In this document: positions 27,768 to 36,851 of the stretch, piece after piece
How positions within the stretch are numbered: the stretch's first letter is position 1
Layout: every line of letters starts with the position of its first letter
Assembly (NCBI GenBank): GCA_036381055.1
Contig: DASVDO010000017.1
Coordinates: 20,025 to 84,024, forward strand
Reading direction: 5' to 3'
Length of the DNA stretch: 64,000 bases
Source of the DNA: Burkholderiales bacterium
GTDB taxonomy: Bacteria; Pseudomonadota; Gammaproteobacteria; Burkholderiales; SG8-39
Notes under the pieces: model-generated
Told to the model about the DNA's origin: nothing
Database searches by the model: none
The model's input: the letters and a program-made list of their open reading frames with translations, nothing else
Translations under genes and position numbers: made by a program

Positions 27768-28244
27768 TCATCTGGGAGCAGGGTGGGAGGCCGAGCCGCC
27801 GCTCGCCGCCGACGCCGGCGCGGGCACCTGCGGCGCGCCGGCGACCAGGATCTCGGTCGTGACGAGCGGGCGCTCTCCGGTGAGCGGCAGCACGCCGGGC
27901 AGGTGCTGCGGACCGTCGCGTGTCTCGATGCTGCCGCCGACCAGCGCGCGGGCGAGCTGGCTCGCGGTCGGCACCGGGATGTCGAGCATGCGAAGCTGCT
28001 CTCGCGCGACGACGACCGCCGCCTCGGCCTCCGCGCGCGGCAGCGGCACCGGCGGCGTGAAGCGCGTCACCTCGACAAGGCCGTAGCCGAGCGGCGTGTA
28101 GAGCACCACCTCGCTGCCGCGGGTCAGCCCGGCGAGCAAGTTTTGCATGGCGAGGTCGGGCCCCTGCGCGAGGGCGCCGCGCCATGCCGAAAAGACTACG
28201 ACGAGCAGCGCGAGAGTTGCGAGGCGGGCCGGCACGGCCCGCAA
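27768..28244 (-). CDS. Hypothetical secreted protein (paralog B); start uncertain
   Basis: TTG 28244 or GTG 28235; signal-like stretch; QNLLAGL..G..V.LYTP core aligns with 27059-27760. Confidence 0.6.
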   Translation of the reverse strand: MRAVPARLATLALLVVVFSAWRGALAQGPDLAMQNLLAGLTRGSEVVLYTPLGYGLVEVTRFTPPVPLPRAEAEAAVVVAREQLRMLDIPVPTASQLARALVGGSIETRDGPQHLPGVLPLTGERPLVTTEILVAGAPQVPAPASAASGGSASHPAPR

Positions 28245-28252
28245 GCTGCAAT

Positions 28253-29221
28253 TTACATACCGAGCTTGAGCAGGCGCCGCGCGTTGCCGCCGAGGATCTT
28301 TTCGCGGTCTTCCGGCGACAGCGGCGCCTCGCGCATCCACTTCACGCCCGGGGTGTTGGGCACGAAGGGGTAGTCCACCGAGAACAGAATCCGGTCGGCA
28401 CCCATCTCCAGCACGCAGCACAGCAGCGCCGGCGTGGAGAAGTTGCCGCTGGTGGTGATCCAGAAATGGCTGCGGAAGGCGTCGCGGAACGCGCTCGCGC
28501 GCTTGCCGGGGCCGGCGCCCGGCCGGGCGAGCGCCATGTCGATTCGCCACGCGGAGAAGGGCAGCGACTCGCCGAGATGGCCGAGGATCATCTTCAGGTT
28601 CGGGTAGGCGTCGAAGACGCCCGAAAGAACCATGCGCAGGCCCTGGGTCGCCGTCTCGACGGTGAAGCCCCAGGCGGCGGTGAGCAGCCCGGGGTAGCGC
28701 TCGAGATAGTCGCGGTAGTACGCATCGACCACCGCGGGATGCGGCATCGCGGGATGGAGATAGATCGGCACGTCGAGCGCCGCGGCGCGCTCGTAGATCG
28801 GCCAGAAGCGCTTGAGGTCGAGGAACTCGCCCTTGTGCGTGAGGCCGTGCAGCATGGCGCCGTGGAAGCCGAGCCGCGTCACGCAGCGCTCGAGCTCGTC
28901 GGCGGCGGCTTTCGGGTCGTCGGTGGGGAGCTGGGCGAAGCCGCCGAAGCGGTCGGGGTGGCGGAGGATCGTCTGGTGCAGCCGGTCGTTCGCCTTGCGC
29001 GCGAGCGGGACCGCCACCTCGCCCTCCAGGCGCTGCAGCGACGGCGCGCCGTGCGAGAGCACCTGGAAGTCGATGCCCGCCTCGTCCATCTCGCGCAGGC
29101 GCAGCGCGCCGAGGTCGAACAGCCGCTCCTGCAGCGCCGCGCCCATGCCGCGCTCGGCGAAGTGCGACGCGACCTCGCGGTCGAAGTAATGCTCCTCGAG
29201 GGCGACGACGCTAGCGGCCAA
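28253..29221 (-). CDS. Amidohydrolase-2 family non-oxidative decarboxylase (2,3-dihydroxybenzoate/LigW-like)
   Basis: VALEEH, PIYLHP, AWGFTVET, ILGHLGE.LPF, ITTSG, FSVDYPF. Confidence 0.85.
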   Translation of the reverse strand: MAASVVALEEHYFDREVASHFAERGMGAALQERLFDLGALRLREMDEAGIDFQVLSHGAPSLQRLEGEVAVPLARKANDRLHQTILRHPDRFGGFAQLPTDDPKAAADELERCVTRLGFHGAMLHGLTHKGEFLDLKRFWPIYERAAALDVPIYLHPAMPHPAVVDAYYRDYLERYPGLLTAAWGFTVETATQGLRMVLSGVFDAYPNLKMILGHLGESLPFSAWRIDMALARPGAGPGKRASAFRDAFRSHFWITTSGNFSTPALLCCVLEMGADRILFSVDYPFVPNTPGVKWMREAPLSPEDREKILGGNARRLLKLGM

Positions 29222-29804
29222 AGGGGAACCCCCGCCTGCGGTACTGGATCATCAGCCAGCCGCCGAGCATGCCGCCGAGGTGCGCGAAGTGCGCGACGCC
29301 CGACGCGGTCTGGGTGACGCCGAAGAACAGCTCGAGCAGCGCGAAGCCGAAGACGAACACGCGCGCCGGCATCGGGATCGGCGGGAACAGCAGCAGCACG
29401 CGACGGTGCGGGAAGTAGATGCCGAAGGCGAGCAGCAGGCCGTACACGCCGCCCGAGGCCCCGACCATCGGCGCCAGCGGCGCGCCCATCCACGAGGTGA
29501 CGATCAGGTGCGTGAGCGCGGCGGTGACCACGCTGGCGAAGTAGTACGAGACGTAGAAGCGCGTGCCGAACAGCCGCTCGATCTCGCCGCCGAACATGTA
29601 CAGCGCCAGCATGTTGAAGAAGATGTGGCCGAGGCTCGCGTGCAGGAAGCTGTAGGTGACGAGCTGCCAGGGCGCGAAGCCCGATTCGAAGCCGCCCGGC
29701 GGCCACAGCGCGAACGCGTCGATCGGCACGGTGCCGGTCTGCGACAGGAAGAAGATCGCCACGTTGGCGATCAGCAGCCACTGCGTGGCGGGCGGCAGGT
29801 TCAT
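29211..29804 (-). CDS. Rhomboid family intramembrane serine protease
   Basis: FLH...HIFFNM, GASGG catalytic Ser, AHFAHLGG catalytic His. Confidence 0.95.
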   Translation of the reverse strand: MNLPPATQWLLIANVAIFFLSQTGTVPIDAFALWPPGGFESGFAPWQLVTYSFLHASLGHIFFNMLALYMFGGEIERLFGTRFYVSYYFASVVTAALTHLIVTSWMGAPLAPMVGASGGVYGLLLAFGIYFPHRRVLLLFPPIPMPARVFVFGFALLELFFGVTQTASGVAHFAHLGGMLGGWLMIQYRRRGFPFGR

Positions 29805-30607
29805 CGGGATTTCATCTCCGCAAGCACTCGGTCAGGATAATCGCTGATGATGCCGTCGACGCCCCAGCCGATCAGCCGCGCGATGTCGCGCGGCTCGTTG
29901 ACCGTCCAGGCGACGACGCGCATGCCGGCGGCGTGCGCCTGCTCCACCGCCTCGCGGGCGAGCGCCCGGTAGTCCGGCGACCAGGTCTTGGCGCCGGCCG
30001 CGCGCGGCTTGTCGACGGTGGAGTCCTTGAGCTCGGTGAGGTAGGCGGTGGCGATCTCCGGCGCCTCGCGCTCGACCGCCGCGAGGGCGCGCCAGTCGAA
30101 CGACTGCAGGGTCGTGCGCGCGGCCATGCCGTGCCGGCGCACCTCGGCGATCACGGCGCGCGCGAACGGCTCGGGCGGCAGCGTCTCGTCGGGATGCGTC
30201 GGCAGCAGCTTCAGCTCGATGTTGAAGCGCACGCGCGTCTTGCCCGCCATCTCGAACAGCTCGGCGAGGCGCGGGATGCGCGTGCCGTCCACCGGCTGCT
30301 GGTGCGGGAAGCGCGCCGCGTACTCGCTGCCCGGGCGGATGCGCCCCACGTCGTAGCGCAGCAGCGCTTCGTAGGTGAGCGAGTGCAGCGGCGGCGTCGG
30401 CCACTCGACCCACCGGCCGTCCGGCCCGCGCGCGAGGTCCGGGTTGAGGCGCCGGTCGTGGTGCACCACCACGACGCCGTCGCGCGTCACGCCGACGTCG
30501 AGCTCGAGCGTGCTCACGCCCATCTCGATCGCCAGGCGGAACGCCGGCAGCGTGTTCTCGGGCAGGTGGCCGCGCGCGCCGCGATGGCCCTGGACATCCA
30601 GGCTCAC
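29801..30607 (-). CDS. Glycerophosphodiester phosphodiesterase
   Basis: GTGA overlap; GHRGARG..PENTL, ELDV, FNIELK, AWTVN, GIISDYP. Confidence 0.9.
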   Translation of the reverse strand: MSLDVQGHRGARGHLPENTLPAFRLAIEMGVSTLELDVGVTRDGVVVVHHDRRLNPDLARGPDGRWVEWPTPPLHSLTYEALLRYDVGRIRPGSEYAARFPHQQPVDGTRIPRLAELFEMAGKTRVRFNIELKLLPTHPDETLPPEPFARAVIAEVRRHGMAARTTLQSFDWRALAAVEREAPEIATAYLTELKDSTVDKPRAAGAKTWSPDYRALAREAVEQAHAAGMRVVAWTVNEPRDIARLIGWGVDGIISDYPDRVLAEMKSR

Positions 30608-30981
30608 AGGATGATCTGCGTCTGCGTGGTCACGGAAAGCAGCCTGCCCGCCTCGTCGGTGATGCGCGTCTCCCATACGTGGGTGCGCTTGCCCCTGTGG
30701 ATCGGCGCCGCCTCGGCGCGCAGGGTACCCGCGCGGCAGCCGGCGATGAAGTTGGTCTTCGACTCGAGCGTCGCGGTGCGCTGGCCTTCCTGCAGGTTCG
30801 CCACCGTGCCCGCCGCGCCGATGGTATCGGCGAAGGCCATCAGCGTGCCACCGTGCACGGTGCCGCCCACCGTCATCAGGCGCTCGTCGACCTTCAGGCG
30901 GGCGACCACCCGGTCGGGGGTGACCTCCTCGAGCTCGATCCCCAGGTGGGCGATCAGCCCCGTGTTCCATTCGACCTTCAT
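30604..30981 (-). CDS. PaaI family thioesterase (hotdog fold)
   Basis: VHGGTLMAFAD, TLESKTNFI, IHRGKRTHVW. Confidence 0.9.
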   Translation of the reverse strand: MKVEWNTGLIAHLGIELEEVTPDRVVARLKVDERLMTVGGTVHGGTLMAFADTIGAAGTVANLQEGQRTATLESKTNFIAGCRAGTLRAEAAPIHRGKRTHVWETRITDEAGRLLSVTTQTQIIL

Positions 30982-32150
30982 CGCGACCTCGTCATGAAAA
31001 GCATCGTCGCCGTGAGCGCGAGCAGCGCGGCGGCGGAAAGCCCGAGCGACCAGTGTATGCCGATCAGGCTGCCGCCCAGCCCGACGGTCACGCCGCTGAA
31101 GGCGCGCAGCCCGAGCGCCGACATGGTGAACAGGCCGATCACCCGGCCGCGCACCTCCCCGGGCGCGTTCATCTGCACCAGCGTTTGCGCCATGGCGAAG
31201 AAGGCGAGCTCGAGGAAGCCGGCGGCGAAAAGCAGCGCCAGCGCGAGCGGATACGACGTCGAGGCGGCGAAGCCGCCGATCGCCAGGCACCAGGCGAGAG
31301 CGAGCGCGAGCGCGGTGCGCGGATGGGGCGGCAGCAGGCCGCGGCCCTCGAGCACCAGGCCGGCGATCAGCGCGCCGGCGGCATCGGCGGCGAGCAGCGC
31401 GCTGTAGGTGAGGCCGCCCTCGGCGTGGCCGAGGTCGTGCGCGAACTCCGGCATCTGCGCCTGGTAGGCGTTGCCGACGACCAGCGACGCCGCGCCGACC
31501 AGCACGGTCATCGAGATGATCACCCGGTTGCCTGCCACCGCTTTCCATGTCGCCACCACGTCGGCGAACGCACGGACCGATTTTTCCTTCCCGACCGGTT
31601 TTCTTTTGTAAGGCGCGCGCGCCAGCCAGACGATGAACGGCAGGTAGATGAGCGCGTTGAAGAGGATGCCCCACGCCGGGCCGAGCGCGAGCAGGATCAC
31701 TCCGCCGACCGCCGGGCCGAACAGCAGGCCGAGCCAGCGCGCGGTGGCGGTGAGCCGGATCGCGCTGTAGAGGTCCTTCTCCCCGACCAGGTCGTGGATG
31801 AACACCTGCGCCGCCGGGCTCCACAGCACCCCGGCGAGGCCGTGCAGCACGAGCAGGGCCGCGGCATGCCACATCTGCAGCGCGTCGGCGAGGAAGAGCG
31901 CGCCCCAGCCCACCGACACCGCCATGAACAGCGCCATGCCCGCCTGGATGATGCGCCGCGGATCGAAGCGGTCGGCGAGCGCGCCCGACCACAGCGAGAA
32001 GACGAGGAACGGCACCCAGTGCGAGATCACCGCGAAGCCGGCGAGCGCCGGCGAGCGGAACTTCTCGAACATGATCCAGTAGCTGATCACGTGCTCGATC
32101 GAGTCGGCCATCATGGCCGAGGCGGCGCCGAAGAAGTAGGCGCGAAACAC
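30978..32150 (-). CDS. MFS transporter
   Basis: Many TM segments, GALADRFDPRR motif A; start may extend upstream (frame open to 32216). Confidence 0.9.
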   Translation of the reverse strand: MFRAYFFGAASAMMADSIEHVISYWIMFEKFRSPALAGFAVISHWVPFLVFSLWSGALADRFDPRRIIQAGMALFMAVSVGWGALFLADALQMWHAAALLVLHGLAGVLWSPAAQVFIHDLVGEKDLYSAIRLTATARWLGLLFGPAVGGVILLALGPAWGILFNALIYLPFIVWLARAPYKRKPVGKEKSVRAFADVVATWKAVAGNRVIISMTVLVGAASLVVGNAYQAQMPEFAHDLGHAEGGLTYSALLAADAAGALIAGLVLEGRGLLPPHPRTALALALAWCLAIGGFAASTSYPLALALLFAAGFLELAFFAMAQTLVQMNAPGEVRGRVIGLFTMSALGLRAFSGVTVGLGGSLIGIHWSLGLSAAALLALTATMLFMTRSR

Positions 32151-32188
32151 GGGCTGGCGCAGCGCGGCGAAGGCGCGCGGCGCGGCGG

Positions 32189-32203
32189 GATTCGGGGTCA
32201 GGG
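32189..32203 (+). repeat. Partial solo copy of the REP-like repeat
   Basis: GATTCGGGGTCAGGG, 15/15 identical to 38701-38715, intergenic between GST and MFS. Confidence 0.5.
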
Positions 32204-32216
32204 CTGCGAGCTCCGG

Positions 32217-32894
32217 TCAGTCTCGATCGAGCTCGGGATAGTGGCGGAAAATGCCCTGCCGGTTGAAGGCGATTCGCCTTTCGGAACGCAGGTAGGCCGC
32301 GAGCCGCGGCCGCGCCGCGACGCGCTCGTGCAGCGCGAGCAGCTTCGGTATCCCGCCTTCCAGCCGGCGCAGGGTGCGCGGAAACGCGTAGCGCAGGCCC
32401 TCGATCATCTGGAAGAGCGAGAGATCGAGGTACGTCGTGCCGCGCGGCCGCGGCAGCGTCTCGAAGTAGCGCAGGAACTTCGGCAGCCGGCGGGCGCGGA
32501 AGTCGGCGGCGCGCCGCAGCGCCTCGCGCTTCTGCGCTTCGTAGTAGAGCCCGCTGCCGATCGGATGATGGGTGTCGTGCACCTCGGCGAGCCAGTCGGC
32601 GATGGTGAGCTGCTGCTGGTGCAGCCACAGGCGCGCCGCCTCGTTCTTCGGCGCGAGGCCGAGGCGCGGGCCGAGGTAGAAGAGGATGTTCGCGGTCTGC
32701 GCCACGGCGAGCCTGCCGTGCACCAGGAAGGGCGGCGCGAAGATGTGCCGCCTGGCCATTTCCTTCTCCATGGCGGCGACGCCGCGCGGCCCGCGCGCCA
32801 CGTCCTCGTAGCGCGCGCCGGCGTCCTCGAGCGCGAGGCGCACGAACTCGCCGCGTCCCTGGATCGACGGCCAGTAGTAGAGGCGGTAGCTCAC
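32217..32894 (-). CDS. Glutathione S-transferase family protein
   Basis: GTGA overlap; YWPSIQGRGEFVRLALE, FAPPFL, AQTANIL, HDTHHP, YLDLSLFQ. Confidence 0.9.
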   Translation of the reverse strand: MSYRLYYWPSIQGRGEFVRLALEDAGARYEDVARGPRGVAAMEKEMARRHIFAPPFLVHGRLAVAQTANILFYLGPRLGLAPKNEAARLWLHQQQLTIADWLAEVHDTHHPIGSGLYYEAQKREALRRAADFRARRLPKFLRYFETLPRPRGTTYLDLSLFQMIEGLRYAFPRTLRRLEGGIPKLLALHERVAARPRLAAYLRSERRIAFNRQGIFRHYPELDRD

Positions 32895-33886
32895 GCGGCG
32901 CGCTTTTCGCGCCAGCCGGCGGGCGAGACGCCGACGTGGCGCTTGAAGGCGCGGCTGAACGCCGCCTCGGATTCGTAGCCGACGCGCTCGGCGAGCGCCG
33001 CCATGCCGAGCTGCGTGCGGCGCAGCAGGTCGGCGGCGAGCTGCAGGCGCCACTGCGTGAGATAGCGCATCGGCGAGACGCCGAGCAGGCGGCGGAACCG
33101 CTCGGCGAGCACCGAGCGCGACACCGCGACGCGGCGCGCCAGGCCTTCCACCGTCCACGCCGCCTCGGGCCGGGCGTGCAGCAGGACCATCGCCCGGCCG
33201 ATCACCGGGTCCCTGAGCGCGGCGAGCCAGCCCGTCTGCTCGGGCGGCATCTGCTCGACGTGCTGGCGCAGGCAGTCGGCGAGCACCGCCTCGAGCAGGC
33301 GTGCGGCGAGCGCCTCGCCGCCCGGACGGCCGGCGCTCTCGAGCGTGTAGCGCACGCTCGCGGTGCGCCACTGCGCGGCGGAGGGCGAGCTCGGCCGCAG
33401 GTGCAGCAGCCGCGGCAGCGCCTGCAGTATCGGGCTGAAGAGCAGATCGGCGCAGCTCAGGTAGCCGCACAGCAGGCGCGTCGGCGCGCCGCCGCCTTCG
33501 CTGCGGCACACGACGGGCAGCTCGCTCCAGGGCGGCGGCGGCAGCAGCTCGACGATCGGCACCGCCTGCGCGTCGTCGGGAAAGCGCACCGTGTGCACGT
33601 CGCAGTACGGCAGCACGACCGCGTCGCCTTCGCTCGCCTGCGCGCTTTCGCCGCTCGCCAGGCTGATGCGGAAGCGGCCCTCGACCGCGACGTGCAGGAG
33701 CACGAGCCGCTGCGCGCCGGGCACCAGCACGCGGGCGAGCGTCGCCTCGTCGGCGGAGACGAAGCCCCAGGGCGCGCTGAACTCGCCGCGCAGGAACACC
33801 GCGCTCGCGAGGTGCATGCGGCGCAGGACGTCGGAGAGCAGGTCCAGATTCGGCGTCTCGAGCATGTGATCCGGCGTCCCTGCCAT
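32891..33886 (-). CDS. AraC family regulator with N-terminal cupin
   Basis: DLLSDVL, WTVEGLARRVAVSRS, GYESEAAFSRAFKR; alternative ATG at 33865. Confidence 0.9.
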   Translation of the reverse strand: MAGTPDHMLETPNLDLLSDVLRRMHLASAVFLRGEFSAPWGFVSADEATLARVLVPGAQRLVLLHVAVEGRFRISLASGESAQASEGDAVVLPYCDVHTVRFPDDAQAVPIVELLPPPPWSELPVVCRSEGGGAPTRLLCGYLSCADLLFSPILQALPRLLHLRPSSPSAAQWRTASVRYTLESAGRPGGEALAARLLEAVLADCLRQHVEQMPPEQTGWLAALRDPVIGRAMVLLHARPEAAWTVEGLARRVAVSRSVLAERFRRLLGVSPMRYLTQWRLQLAADLLRRTQLGMAALAERVGYESEAAFSRAFKRHVGVSPAGWREKRAA

Positions 33887-33944
33887 GGCGCGAGGCCGCC
33901 GCGCGGTCAATAGTAGCGCCGTCATTCACACCAGGAGAACGGCG

Positions 33945-34217
33945 ATGCCGAAATTCGTGATCGAGCGGGAGATTCCCGGCGCCGGCCGGATGAGCGCGAT
34001 GGAGCTTAAGGGCGCGGCGCAGAAATCGTGCAGCGTGCTGCGCGGCATGGGACCGAAGATCCAGTGGCAGCAGAGCTACGTCACCGACGACAAGCTCTAT
34101 TGCGTCTACCTCGCCGAGAGCGAGCGCGACGTGCTCGAGCACGCGCGCACCTCCGGATTTCCCGCGAGCCGCGTGAGCGCGGTGCGCGCGGTGATCGACC
34201 CGGCCACGGCGGAGTGA
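33945..34217 (+). CDS. DUF4242 domain protein
   Basis: AGGAG SD; MPKFVIEREIPGAG, WQQSYVTDDKLYCVY, HARTSGFP. Confidence 0.85.
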   Translation: MPKFVIEREIPGAGRMSAMELKGAAQKSCSVLRGMGPKIQWQQSYVTDDKLYCVYLAESERDVLEHARTSGFPASRVSAVRAVIDPATAE

Positions 34218-34218
34218 C

Positions 34219-34707
34219 CTAGAGCCGCGCCGGCTTGTCCGGCAGCTCGTTCGGGTTGACGCCGCGCGCCGGGAAATGGCGCTCGAGGATGCGCGTCACG
34301 CCCTCGATCGCCTCGAGCGCGCCGGCGAGGTACGCCTTGCCGCGGAAGCGCGCCTGCATGGCGCGGCAGATCGCGTCCCACTCCGGCTGCGGCACGCGCG
34401 CGGCGATGCCGCGGTCGGCGACGATCTCGATGCGGTGGTCGAGGAGCTGCACGTAGATCAGCACGCCGGTGTTCTCCTCGGTGTCCCACACGCCGAGCTG
34501 CGCGAACACCTCGCGCGCCCGCTCGCGCGTCGGCTGGCGCAGCCGGTCGAGGGGCAGCGTGCCTTCGACGGCGAAGCGGATCTCGCCGCGGTGGCGGCGC
34601 TCGGAAGCCTTGATCGCCGCCTCGATGGCGGCGAGCGCCGACGCGGGGAAGGGCCGCTCGGCGATCCACGGCGGCAGCAGCAGGTGCTTGAGCACGCGGC
34701 TCACCAT
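34219..34707 (-). CDS. TPM domain protein (short, cytoplasmic type)
   Basis: ERRHRGEIRFAVE, GVWDTEENTGVLIY, IVADRGI. Confidence 0.85.
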   Translation of the reverse strand: MVSRVLKHLLLPPWIAERPFPASALAAIEAAIKASERRHRGEIRFAVEGTLPLDRLRQPTRERAREVFAQLGVWDTEENTGVLIYVQLLDHRIEIVADRGIAARVPQPEWDAICRAMQARFRGKAYLAGALEAIEGVTRILERHFPARGVNPNELPDKPARL

Positions 34708-35585
34708 GAGCCGCTCGCGCCGCCGCCGCCCGAGGCGCCGCCGCCGCCGCCGAAGCCGCCGCCGCCGAAGCCGCCGCCGAAGCCGCCGCCGCCGAAGCCG
34801 CCGCGGCCCCAGTAGCCGCCGCCCAGCCCGCCGTAGCCGCCGAGCCGGCGGCGCCGCGGCATGCCGCCGATGCCGCCGGTGAGGAGCAGGATGAAGAAGG
34901 CGGCGACGCCGATCAACGCGGCGACCGCCGCCGAGCCGAGCAGCATCCAGCTCGCGAACCCGGCGACGCCGCTGCCGAAGCCCGCGCCGAGGAAGCGCCC
35001 GAACATCGCGCGCAGCGCGCCGCCCGCGACCAGCACGAAGAAGAAAAGGAAGATCAGCACGTCGGGCTGGAAGCGCGACGACCCCGGGGGCCCGTGCGCC
35101 GCGGGCGGCGGCAGCTTCTCGCCTTCGATGACGCGGATGATGCGGTCCACGCCGGCGCGCAGGCCGCCGTAGAAGTCGCCGGCGCGGAAGCGCGGCGTGA
35201 TGTCGTTGTCGATGATGCGCTTGGCGATCGCGTCGGGCAGCGCGCCTTCCAGGCCGTAGCCGACCTCGATGCGCAGCCGCCGGTCGTCCTTGGCGACCAC
35301 CAGCAGCACCGAGTCGTCGACGCCCTTGCGGCCGAGCTTCCAGACCTCCTCGACGCGCACCGCGTACTGCTCGATCGTCTCGGGCCGCGTGCTCGGCACC
35401 ATGAGCACCGCCACCTGCGCGCCCTTGCGCGCCTCGAGCTCGGCGAGCGTCTGCTCGAGCGCCGCGCGCTGCTGCGCGCTCAGCGTGCCGGTGAGGTCGG
35501 TGACGCGCGCCTCGAGCGGCGGCACCTCCGCGGCGAAGGCGAGCAGGGGCGCGAGCAGCAGGAACGCCCACGGCGCGCCGGTCAC
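34701..35585 (-). CDS. TPM domain membrane protein (YgcG-like) with Gly-rich tail
   Basis: GTGA overlap with lemA; VTDLTGTL, GRKGVDD, RIEVGYGLEG; GGGFGGGG..SGGGGASGSW tail. Confidence 0.9.
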   Translation of the reverse strand: MTGAPWAFLLLAPLLAFAAEVPPLEARVTDLTGTLSAQQRAALEQTLAELEARKGAQVAVLMVPSTRPETIEQYAVRVEEVWKLGRKGVDDSVLLVVAKDDRRLRIEVGYGLEGALPDAIAKRIIDNDITPRFRAGDFYGGLRAGVDRIIRVIEGEKLPPPAAHGPPGSSRFQPDVLIFLFFFVLVAGGALRAMFGRFLGAGFGSGVAGFASWMLLGSAAVAALIGVAAFFILLLTGGIGGMPRRRRLGGYGGLGGGYWGRGGFGGGGFGGGFGGGGFGGGGGASGGGGASGSW

Positions 35586-36172
35586 TTCTTGCCCGTCCCG
35601 AAGTCGACCGTGGGCGGCCGTGCGATCGCCTTCTCGTCCTCCACCGTGAACTGCGCCTTCGGCTCGAAGCCGAACAGCATCGCCGTCAGGTTGCTCGGGA
35701 ACTGGCGCACCGTGACGTTGTATTCCTGCGTCGCCTCGATGAAGCGCCGGCGCGCCACGGCGATGCGGTTCTCGGTGCCCTCGAGCTGCGCCTGCAGCTC
35801 GCGGAAGTTCTGGTCGGACTTGAGCTGCGGATAGTTCTCGGCCACCACCAGCAGGCGCGACAGCGCGCCGGTCAGCTCGCCCTGCGCCTGCGCGAAGCGC
35901 TGCATCGCCTGCGGATCGTCGACCATGTCGCGCGTCACCTGCACCGAGCCGACGCGCGCGCGCGCCTCGGTCACGCCGAGCAGCACGTCCTTCTCCTGCT
36001 GCGCGTAGCCCTTCACGGTGTTCACCAGGTTGGGAATCAGGTCGGCGCGGCGCTGGTACTGGTTGATCACTTCGGACCACGCCGCCTTCACCTGCTCGTC
36101 CTGCCGCTGCAGGGTGTTGTAGCCGCAGCCGGACAGGAATAGCACTACAGACAGGGCGAGGATAGTGCGCAT
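35582..36172 (-). CDS. lemA: LemA family protein
   Basis: GCGYN, QYQRRADLIPNLV, ENYPQLKSDQNF, LEGTENRIAVAR, FPSNL. Confidence 0.95.
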   Translation of the reverse strand: MRTILALSVVLFLSGCGYNTLQRQDEQVKAAWSEVINQYQRRADLIPNLVNTVKGYAQQEKDVLLGVTEARARVGSVQVTRDMVDDPQAMQRFAQAQGELTGALSRLLVVAENYPQLKSDQNFRELQAQLEGTENRIAVARRRFIEATQEYNVTVRQFPSNLTAMLFGFEPKAQFTVEDEKAIARPPTVDFGTGKK

Positions 36173-36245
36173 CGGGGGACGACCTCCGCAGAAGGACGAA
36201 ATATAGAGCAGGAACCGCGCCTCGGCCGGGCTGGTCGAAAAGCGC

Positions 36246-36851
36246 ATGGCCGACGTGGTGCTCTCCTGCGAGACCTGCGGGCTGCCGCAGCGTGTCGAGC
36301 CGCTGCCGCCCGGCACCGTCGCCGAGTGCGCGCGCTGCGGCTACCCGGTGACCTCGCACGGCGCCGGCCTCGACGTCGCCGCGGCGCTCGCGCTCGCGGC
36401 GCTGGTGCTGTACGTCCCCGCGAACCTGTATCCGATCCTGCGCATGGAGATCTACGGCGCCTACTCGGAAAGCACCGTGTGGGACGGCGTGGTGAGCCTG
36501 TGGCAGTACGGCGAGTACTTCGTGGCGATCGTCGTGTTCCTGGCGAGCATCGTCGTGCCGCTGCTCAAGCTGCTCGGCCTCTTCTTCCTCGTGGCGAGCG
36601 TCAAGTGGGGCCGCGGCCGGCGGCTGCGCGGCCGCACGCGCATCTACAAGTTCATCGACGCGATCGGCCCGTGGGCGATGCTCGACGTGTTCCTGCTGGC
36701 GGTGCTGGTGGCGCTGGTCAAGCTCGGCAGCCTCGGACAGGTCGTTCCCGGGCCGGGGCTGCTCGCCTTCTGCCTGGTCGTGGTGCTGACGCTGCTCGCC
36801 TCGCAGGCGTTCGACACCAAGCTCATCTGGGAGAGCCATGAGCGGCGATGA
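36246..36851 (+). CDS. pqiA: Paraquat-inducible protein A (single-repeat form)
   Basis: CETC...CARC Zn ribbon; LYVPANLYPI; VPLLKL; IGPWAMLDVF. Confidence 0.85.
   Translation: MADVVLSCETCGLPQRVEPLPPGTVAECARCGYPVTSHGAGLDVAAALALAALVLYVPANLYPILRMEIYGAYSESTVWDGVVSLWQYGEYFVAIVVFLASIVVPLLKLLGLFFLVASVKWGRGRRLRGRTRIYKFIDAIGPWAMLDVFLLAVLVALVKLGSLGQVVPGPGLLAFCLVVVLTLLASQAFDTKLIWESHERR

Noticed and set aside
34711-34810. CCGCCGCCGAAG tandem-like repeats
   Set aside because: They encode the normal GGGF-rich tail of the TPM-domain protein; not CRISPR or a mobile repeat.
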